Shown piece after piece: positions 1 through 8,805 of a DNA stretch of 8,805 nt. The position numbers and the translations under genes are program-made. The DNA is from a virus (Duplodnaviria > Heunggongvirae > Uroviricota > Caudoviricetes), in IMG/VR virus record IMGVR_UViG_2684622618_000007; one strand, given 5' to 3'. Each line of letters opens with the position of its first letter. Positions within the stretch are counted from its first letter, which is position 1. The notes under the pieces were generated by a model. It did no database searches. It was not told the origin of the DNA and saw only the letters and a list, made by a program, of their open reading frames with translations.

Positions 1-2
1 AT

Positions 3-113
3 TTTGAATATTATTTACAGGTAAATGGAGTGGGGCACATGGATAGAAATATTACAATAGAGTATGAAGTATATGCCCGTATTGTATGGGCAGAGAAGGC
101 AAAAACATGGTAA
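3..113 (+). CDS. Possible 3' end of a CDS entering from upstream (hypothetical); ends TAA at 111-113
   Basis: Open frame from the window edge (frame of nt 3) to TAA 111-113; internal ATG at 39 preceded by GGAG at 27-30. Only 36 codons visible; no recognisable product. Confidence 0.2.
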   Translation, partial: FEYYLQVNGVGHMDRNITIEYEVYARIVWAEKAKTW

Positions 114-353
114 TTCCGTGTGTTGCCATGATACCTGATTGGCAGAATTGTTGTTTGGTTTTGAGTATATAGTCAGCGTCTTTTGTTCGGTAATTGCTCT
201 TTCAATTAAAATGCCAGATATGATTTGCTTTTCTTTGTTGTTTAGTTTTTTTGTATATTATTTTTATTGTTTTTATATAATTAGTTTTTTATTGTTGTCT
301 TATTAAGGACGGTAAATTCAGGATGGCAGTCTGTAGATAAACGGAGGTTACTT

Positions 354-411
354 ATGCTACATGATCACCTGGCAGAATGTCTGGAGAAAAAAGGACTGTA
401 CCGGAGAGCAG
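354..411 (+). CDS. Small hypothetical ORF, 5' part only (MLHDHLAECLEKKGLYRRA...), truncated by assembly gap
   Basis: ATG at 354 preceded by GGAGG at 343-347 with a 6-nt spacer; frame stays open into the N run at 412. Confidence 0.35.
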
Positions 412-461
412 NNNNNNNNNNNNNNNNNNNNNNNNNNNNNNNNNNNNNNNNNNNNNNNNNN
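412..461. other. Assembly gap (50 N)
   Basis: Run of exactly 50 N. Confidence 0.97.
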
Positions 462-499
462 GACTTTAGTGGTCGCTTTTTGTGTCATATATAAGTCGT

Positions 500-828
500 T
501 TAAGTAAACCTGTCTGAACAGGTTCTCTGGTCGTGTTTGTCTTTGTTGGGTACAAATTGAGAATATTTTTCATTAATTAATCTTCTTCTGCAGGCTTCAA
601 TAACCCACGCTGAAAAATTTCCTGAACCTTTCAGATCAAGAGCGATGTTAATTTGTTCAATCATCTGGTTTGGAAATCGGATGTTGCGGGTTGTTGTNNN
701 NNNNNNNNNNNNNNNNNNNNNNNNNNNNNNNNNNNNNNNNNNNNNNNGATGTTAATTTGTTCAATCATCTGGTTTGGAAATCGGATGTTGCGGGTTGTTG
801 TTCTGCGGGTTCTGTTCTTTGATGACAT
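500..828 (-). CDS. Small basic protein, YlcI/DUF3950-like, putative ribbon-helix-helix DNA-binding protein; reading frame interrupted in this assembly by a gap and duplication
   Basis: Minus strand: ATG at 828-826 gives MSSKNRTRRTTTRNIRFPNQ; 664 down to stop TAA (complement of 500-502) gives MIEQINIALDLKGSGNFSAWVIEACRRRLINEKYSQFVPNKDKHDQRTCSDRFT. The two parts join into one about 74-aa ORF if the duplicated 54 bp and the 50 N are collapsed. Matches my memory of E. coli prophage YlcI-family proteins (not verifiable here). Confidence 0.55.
644..697. repeat. 54-bp direct duplicate, copy 1 (abuts gap)
   Basis: Identical to 748-801; ends exactly at the N run. Confidence 0.9.
698..747. other. Assembly gap (50 N)
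   Basis: Run of exactly 50 N. Confidence 0.97.
748..801. repeat. 54-bp direct duplicate, copy 2 (abuts gap)
   Basis: Identical to 644-697; begins exactly after the N run, consistent with unmerged overlapping contig ends. Confidence 0.9.
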
Positions 829-1027
829 AATGTTGCCCCATATTCAGTGTTGCTGATTTGTATTATCTGAAGTTGCTTTTACGTTAATTTGATGCAGATC
901 AATTAATACGATACCTGCGTCATAATTGATTATTTGACGTGGTTTGATGGCGTAGATGCACGTTGTGACATGTAGATGATAATTATTATCATTTTGCGGG
1001 TCCTTTCCGGCGATCCGACCGGTTACG

Positions 1028-1039
1028 GGGCGGCGACCT
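1028..1039 (+). other. cosN: cosN: 12-nt cohesive-end sequence GGGCGGCGACCT (terminase nicking site)
   Basis: Exact lambda cohesive-end 12-mer, preceded by GGTTACG (lambda right-end terminus) and followed by CGCGGGTTTTCGCTATTTATGAAAATTTTCCGG (lambda left-end start), as recalled. Confidence 0.85.
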
Positions 1040-1076
1040 CGCGGGTTTTCGCTATTTATGAAAATTTTCCGGGGAA

Positions 1077-1090
1077 AATCATGTCGGTAC
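1077..1090 (+). repeat. R3-like element (AATCATGTCGGTAC)
   Basis: 11/14 match to the repeat core. Confidence 0.5.
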
Positions 1091-1135
1091 TTCTCGAACA
1101 TAACTATTTGTTTTTTCTAATATCGAATCCGTAAA

Positions 1136-1149
1136 GGTCCGACATGAAA
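1136..1149 (-). repeat. R2-like element, inverted (reverse complement TTTCATGTCGGACC)
   Basis: 14/14 match to the R1-like copy, opposite orientation. Confidence 0.55.
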
Positions 1150-1176
1150 ACGCCTGAAAAAGTCATTTTCGGGCAC

Positions 1177-1190
1177 TTTCATGTCGGACC
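1177..1190 (+). repeat. R1-like element (TTTCATGTCGGACC)
   Basis: Exact copy of the repeat core, 25 nt upstream of the Nu1 start. Confidence 0.55.
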
Positions 1191-1214
1191 CTGTATTTGT
1201 TGTGAGACTGTTTC

Positions 1215-1734
1215 ATGAAGGTTAATAAAAAGAAACTTGCCGAAATTTTCAACGTGGATCCGCGAACGATTGAACGCTGGCAGTCTCAGGGGCTCCCTTG
1301 CGTCTCCGGAGGTGGTAAGGGCGTTGAATCTGTATTTGATACCGCCACGGCAATTCAGTGGTATGCGCAGAGGGAAGCTGATATCGAAAATGAAAAACTC
1401 CGTAAAGAGGTTGAGGATTACAGGGCTGCCAGCGAGGCAGATCTCCAGCCTGGGACTATTGAGTACGAATGCCATCGACTTACGCGTGCGCAGGCTGACG
1501 CCCAGGAGCTGAAGAATGCCAGAGACTCCGCAGAAGTGGTGGAAACCGCATTCTGTACTTTCGTGCTGTCACGGATCGCAGGTGAAATTGCCAGTATTCT
1601 TGACGGGATCCCTCTCTCAGTACAGCGGCGTTTTCCGGAACTGGAAAACCGACATGTTGATTTCCTGAAACGGGATATTATCAAAGCCATGAACAAAGCA
1701 GCCGCGCTGGATGAACTGATACCGGGGTTGCTGA

Positions 1735-1760
<26 letters not shown>
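1215..1760 (+). CDS. nu1: Terminase small subunit (Nu1 family); divergent N-terminal winged-HTH domain, lambda-like C-terminal domain
   Basis: 181-aa ORF. C-terminal two thirds ([14 protein letters not shown]...LSEYIEQSG) match lambda Nu1 as recalled; the N-terminal 70 aa differ from lambda but retain an HTH and the GGGKG motif (nt 1308-1322). Overlaps the A start by 26 nt. Confidence 0.92.
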
Positions 1761-5441
<3,681 letters not shown>

Positions 5442-5461
<20 letters not shown>

Positions 5462-6761
5462 TCTCCCGCATATTGCCAGCATGGCTTTTAATGAGCCGCT
5501 GATGCTTGAACCCGCCTATGCGCGGGTTTTCTTTTGTGCGCTTGCAGGCCAGCTTGGGATCAGCCGCCTGACGGATGCAGTATCCGGCGACAGCCTGACT
5601 GCCGGAGAGGCACCCGCGGCGCTGGCGTTATCCGGTGATGATGACGGACCACGACAGGCCCGGAGTTATCAGGTCATGAACGGCATCGCCGTGCTGCCGG
5701 TGTCCGGTACGCTGGTCAGCCGGACGCGGGCGCTGCAGCCGTATTCGGGAATGACCGGTTACAACGGCATTATCGCCCGTCTGCAACAGGCTGCCAGCGA
5801 TCCGATGGTGGACGGCATTCTGCTCGATATGGACACACCGGGCGGGATGGTGGCGGGAGCATTTGACTGTGCTGACATCATCGCCCGTGTGCGAGACATA
5901 AAACCGGTATGGGCGCTGGCCAACGACATGAACTGCAGTGCAGGTCAGCTGCTTGCCAGCGCCGCCTCCCGGCGTCTGGTCACGCAGACCGCCCGGACAG
6001 GCTCCATCGGCGTCATGATGGCTCACAGTAATTACGGTGCTGCCCTGGAGAAACAGGGCGTGGAAATCACGCTGATTTACAGCGGCAGCCATAAGGTGGA
6101 TGGCAACCCCTACAGCCATCTACCGGGTGATGTCCGGGAAACACTGCAGTCCCGGATGGATGCAACCCGCCGGATGTTTGCGCAGAAGGTGTCGGCATAT
6201 ACCGGCCTGTCCGTGCAGGCTGTGCTGGATACCGAGGCTGCAGTGTACAGCGGTCAGGAGGCCATTGATGCCGGACTGGCTGATGAACTTGTCAACAGCA
6301 CCGATGCGATCACCGTTATGCGTGATGCACTGGATGCACGTAAATCCCGTCTCTCAGGAGGGCGAATGACCAAAGAGACTCAATCAACAACTGTTTCAGC
6401 CACTGCTTCGCAGGCTGACGTTACTGGCGTGGTGCCAGCGACGGAGGGCGAAAACGCCAGCGCGGCGCAGCCGGACGTGAACGCGCAGATCACCGCTGCG
6501 GTTGCGGCAGAAAACAGCCGCATTATGGGGATCCTCAACTGTGAGGAGGCTCACGGACGCGAAGAACAGGCCCGCGTGCTGGCAGAAACCCCCGGTATGA
6601 CCGTGGAAACGGCCCGCCGCATTCTGGCCGCAGCACCACAGAGTGCACAGGCGCGCAGTGATACTGCGCTGGATCGTCTGATGCAGGGGGCACCGGCACC
6701 GCTGGCTGCAGGTAACCCGGCATCTGATGCCGTTAACGATTTGCTGAACACACCAGTGTAA
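5442..6761 (+). CDS. C: Prohead protease/scaffold gpC (S49/ClpP-like serine protease family)
   Basis: GTG start at 5442 preceded by GGAGGAG (5431-5437); product begins (V/M)TAELRNLPHIASMAFNEPLML as in lambda gpC; 439 codons; overlaps the B 3' end by 20 nt. The ORF-track start at 5307 is a non-initiating in-frame extension. Confidence 0.9.
6156..6761 (+). CDS. nu3: Scaffolding protein Nu3, translated in frame from an internal start within C
   Basis: In-frame ATG at 6156 (MDATRRMFAQKV...) at the position corresponding to lambda Nu3, sharing the stop codon of C. Assigned by homology of arrangement, not independent sequence evidence. Confidence 0.7.
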   Translation: MDATRRMFAQKVSAYTGLSVQAVLDTEAAVYSGQEAIDAGLADELVNSTDAITVMRDALDARKSRLSGGRMTKETQSTTVSATASQADVTGVVPATEGENASAAQPDVNAQITAAVAAENSRIMGILNCEEAHGREEQARVLAETPGMTVETARRILAAAPQSAQARSDTALDRLMQGAPAPLAAGNPASDAVNDLLNTPV

Positions 6762-6770
6762 GGGATGTTT

Positions 6771-7103
6771 ATGACGAGCAAAGAAACCTTTACCCATTAC
6801 CAGCCGCTGGGCAACAGTGACCCGGCTCATACCGCAACCGCGCCCGGCGGATTGAGTGCGAAAGCGCCTGCAATGACCCCGCTGATGCTGGACACCTCCA
6901 GCCGTAAGCTGGTTGCGTGGGATGGCACCACCGACGGTGCTGCCGTTGGCATTCTTGCGGTTGCTGCTGACCAGACCAGCACCACGCTGACGTTCTACAA
7001 GTCCGGCACGTTCCGTTATGAGGATGTGCTCTGGCCGGAGGCTGCCAGCGACGAGACGAAAAAACGGACCGCGTTTGCCGGAACGGCAATCAGCATCGTT
7101 TAA
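6771..7103 (+). CDS. D: Head decoration protein gpD
   Basis: 110-aa product [27 protein letters not shown]... matching lambda gpD as recalled; AGGGA Shine-Dalgarno 6 nt upstream of ATG 6771. Confidence 0.95.
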   Translation: MTSKETFTHYQPLGNSDPAHTATAPGGLSAKAPAMTPLMLDTSSRKLVAWDGTTDGAAVGILAVAADQTSTTLTFYKSGTFRYEDVLWPEAASDETKKRTAFAGTAISIV

Positions 7104-7120
7104 CCTGACCCTTCATCACT

Positions 7121-7146
7121 AAAGGCCGCCTGTGCGGCTTTTTTTA
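7121..7146 (+). terminator. Terminator-like GC hairpin followed by T-run in the D-E intergenic region
   Basis: GCCGC (7125-7129), loop CTGT, GCGGC (7134-7138), then T8 (7139-7145). Confidence 0.4.
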
Positions 7147-7158
7147 CGGGATTTTTTT

Positions 7159-8184
7159 ATGTCGATGTACACAACCGCCCAACTGCTGGCGGCAAATGAG
7201 CAGAAATTTAAGTTTGATCCGCTGTTTCTGCGTCTCTTTTTCCGTGAGAGCTATCCCTTCACCACGGAGAAAGTCTATCTCTCACAAATTCCGGGACTGG
7301 TAAACATGGCGCTGTACGTTTCGCCGATTGTTTCTGGTGAGGTTATCCGTTCCCGTGGCGGCTCCACCTCTGAATTTACGCCGGGATATGTCAAGCCGAA
7401 GCATGAAGTGAATCCGCAGATGACCCTGCGTCGCCTGCCGGATGAAGATCCGCAGAATCTGGCGGACCCGGCTTACCGCCGCCGTCGCATCATCATGCAG
7501 AACATGCGTGACGAAGAGCTGGCCATTGCTCAGGTCGAAGAGATGCAGGCAGTTTCTGCCGTGCTCAAGGGCAAATACACCATGACCGGTGAAGCCTTCG
7601 ATCCGGTTGAGGTGGATATGGGCCGCAGTGCGGCGAACAACATCACGCAGTCCGGCGGCACGGAGTGGAGCAAGCGTGACAAGTCCACGTATGACCCGAC
7701 CGACGATATCGAAGCCTACGCGCTGAACGCCAGCGGCGTGGTGAATATCATCGTGTTTGACCCGAAAGGCTGGGCGCTGTTCCGTTCCTTCAAAGCCGTC
7801 AGGGAGAAGCTGGATACCCGTCGCGGCTCTCATTCCGAACTGGAGACAGCGGTAAAAGACCTGGGCAAAGCGGTGTCTTATAAGGGAATGTATGGCGATG
7901 TGGCCATCGTCGTGTATTCCGGACAGTACGTGGAAAACGGCGTCAAAAAGAACTTCCTGCCGGACAACACGATGGTGCTGGGGAACACTCAGGCACGCGG
8001 TCTGCGCACCTATGGCTGCATTCAGGATGCGGACGCACAGCGCGAAGGCATTAACGCCTCTGCCCGTTACCCGAAAAACTGGGTGACCACCGGCGATCCG
8101 GCGCGTGAGTTCACCATGATTCAGTCAGCACCGCTGATGCTGCTGGCTGACCCTGATGAGTTCGTGTCCGTACAACTGGCGTAA
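7159..8184 (+). CDS. E: Major capsid protein gpE (HK97-fold)
   Basis: 341-aa product MSMYTTAQLLAANEQKFKFDPLFLRLFFRESYPF... matching lambda gpE as recalled; the upstream in-frame extension from 7132 in the ORF track is not the start. Confidence 0.95.
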   Translation: MSMYTTAQLLAANEQKFKFDPLFLRLFFRESYPFTTEKVYLSQIPGLVNMALYVSPIVSGEVIRSRGGSTSEFTPGYVKPKHEVNPQMTLRRLPDEDPQNLADPAYRRRRIIMQNMRDEELAIAQVEEMQAVSAVLKGKYTMTGEAFDPVEVDMGRSAANNITQSGGTEWSKRDKSTYDPTDDIEAYALNASGVVNIIVFDPKGWALFRSFKAVREKLDTRRGSHSELETAVKDLGKAVSYKGMYGDVAIVVYSGQYVENGVKKNFLPDNTMVLGNTQARGLRTYGCIQDADAQREGINASARYPKNWVTTGDPAREFTMIQSAPLMLLADPDEFVSVQLA

Positions 8185-8186
8185 TC

Positions 8187-8213
8187 ATGGCCCTTCGGGG
8201 CCATTGTTTTTCT
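8187..8213 (+). terminator. Perfect 7-bp stem hairpin with TTCG loop followed by T-rich tract, immediately after E stop
   Basis: ATGGCCC (8187-8193), TTCG, GGGCCAT (8198-8204), then TGTTTTTCT. Confidence 0.4.
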
Positions 8214-8225
8214 GTGGAGGAGTCC

Positions 8226-8624
8226 ATGACGAAAGATGAACTGATTGCCCGTCTCCGCTCGCTGGGTGAACAACTGAACCGTGATGTCAGCCTGACGGGG
8301 ACGAAAGAAGAACTGGCGCTCCGTGTGGCAGAGCTGGAAGAGGAGCTTGATGACACGGATGAAACTGCCGGTCAGGACACCCCTCTCAGCCGGGAAAATG
8401 TGCTGACCGGACATGAAAATGAGGTGGGATCAGCGCAGCCGGATACCGTGATTCTGGATACGTCTGAACTGGTCACGGTCGTGGCACTGGTGAAGCTGCA
8501 TACTGATGCACTTCACGTCACGCGGGATGAACCTGTGGCATTTGTGCTGCCGGGAACGGCGTTTCGTGTCTCTGCCGGTGTGGCAGCCGAAATGACAGAG
8601 CGCGGCCTGGCCAGAATGCAATAA
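8226..8624 (+). CDS. FI: DNA packaging accessory protein FI
   Basis: 132-aa product MTKDELIARLRSLGEQLNRDVSLTGTKEELALRVAELEEELDD... matching lambda gpFI as recalled; GGAGG at 8216-8220. Confidence 0.92.
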   Translation: MTKDELIARLRSLGEQLNRDVSLTGTKEELALRVAELEEELDDTDETAGQDTPLSRENVLTGHENEVGSAQPDTVILDTSELVTVVALVKLHTDALHVTRDEPVAFVLPGTAFRVSAGVAAEMTERGLARMQ

Positions 8625-8635
8625 CGGGAGGCGCT

Positions 8636-8805
8636 GTGGCTGATTTCGATAACCTGTTCGATGCTGCCATTGCCCGCGCCGATGAAACGATACGCGGGTA
8701 CATGGGAACGTCAGCCACCATGACATCCGGTGAGCGGTCCGGCGCAGTAATACGTGGTGTTTTTGATGACCCTGAAAATATCAGCTATGCCGGACAGGGC
8801 GTGCG
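8636..8805 (+). CDS. FII: Head-tail connector FII, 5' partial (runs off window)
   Basis: GTG start at 8636 preceded by GGGAGG (8626-8631); product (V/M)ADFDNLFDAAIARADETIRGYMGTSA... matches lambda gpFII N-terminus as recalled. Confidence 0.85.
   Translation, partial: MADFDNLFDAAIARADETIRGYMGTSATMTSGERSGAVIRGVFDDPENISYAGQGV

Larger units (their letters stand above)
1077..1190 (+). promoter_or_regulatory. cosB: cosB-like terminase small-subunit binding region with three R-type repeats (non-lambda sequence type)
   Basis: Three copies of a TTTCATGTCGGACC-like 14-mer between cosN and the Nu1 start, in direct-inverted-direct arrangement with an AT-rich spacer, mirroring the R3-IHF-R2-R1 layout of lambda cosB. 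Confidence 0.6.

Noticed and set aside
653-856. 67-aa + strand ORF in the six-frame track
   Set aside because: Runs straight through the 50-N gap and the duplicated flank; an artefact of the scaffold, with the true coding strand here being minus.
844-1101. 85-aa minus-strand ORF spanning the cos site
   Set aside because: Crosses cosN and the R3-like element, has no convincing ribosome binding site, and no gene is expected across the cohesive-end site; likely chance ORF.
1101-1113. IHF binding site in the cosB spacer (TAACTATTTGTTT)
   Set aside because: Only an imperfect match to the IHF consensus; plausible by position but not supportable as a separate feature from sequence alone.
1179-1475. 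98-aa minus-strand ORF antisense to Nu1
   Set aside because: Antisense to a confidently identified gene, no RBS, would start inside cosB.
1237-1512. 91-aa alternative-frame + ORF inside Nu1
   Set aside because: Out-of-frame overlap with a confidently identified gene; no independent start signal.
5628-6119. 163-aa minus-strand ORF antisense to C
   Set aside because: Antisense to protease/scaffold gene, no RBS, composition typical of antisense frames.
6765-6770. Alternative D start at 6765 (MFMTSKE)
   Set aside because: ATG 6771 has better Shine-Dalgarno spacing and matches the known gpD N-terminus.
7132-7158. Upstream extension of E ORF from 7132
   Set aside because: The extension lies inside the intergenic hairpin/T-run and starts at a non-ATG codon; ATG 7159 gives the gpE N-terminus MSMYTTAQ.
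7282-7833. 183-aa minus-strand ORF antisense to E
   Set aside because: Antisense to major capsid gene; no independent evidence.
8187-8225. Upstream extension of FI ORF from 8187
   Set aside because: Overlaps the post-E hairpin; ATG 8226 is preceded by GGAGG and gives the gpFI N-terminus MTKDELIAR.

Overview
This window is the packaging/head-morphogenesis (left) arm of a lambda-like tailed phage or prophage, read across an intact cos junction. From about nt 1028 onward the + strand carries a contiguous, tightly packed late operon: cosN/cosB, terminase small subunit (Nu1), terminase large subunit (A), head completion protein (W), portal (B), prohead protease/scaffold (C with nested Nu3), decoration protein (D), major capsid protein (E), FI and the 5' part of FII. 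Identifications rest on my recall of the lambda proteins and gene layout and cannot be database-verified here. The first ~1 kb is different: AT-rich, sparsely coding, with two runs of exactly 50 N (assembly gaps), a 54-bp duplication flanking the second gap, and a small minus-strand ORF that I recognise from memory as YlcI/DUF3950-like. The most notable biology is that cosB and the N-terminal DNA-binding domain of Nu1 are not lambda-type while the rest of the module is lambda-like, i.e. a packaging-specificity module swap. I see no CRISPR array, tRNA/rRNA, or transposase, and I do not find a clearly novel system; this is an ordinary, well-understood phage structural region with a small accessory zone upstream of cos.
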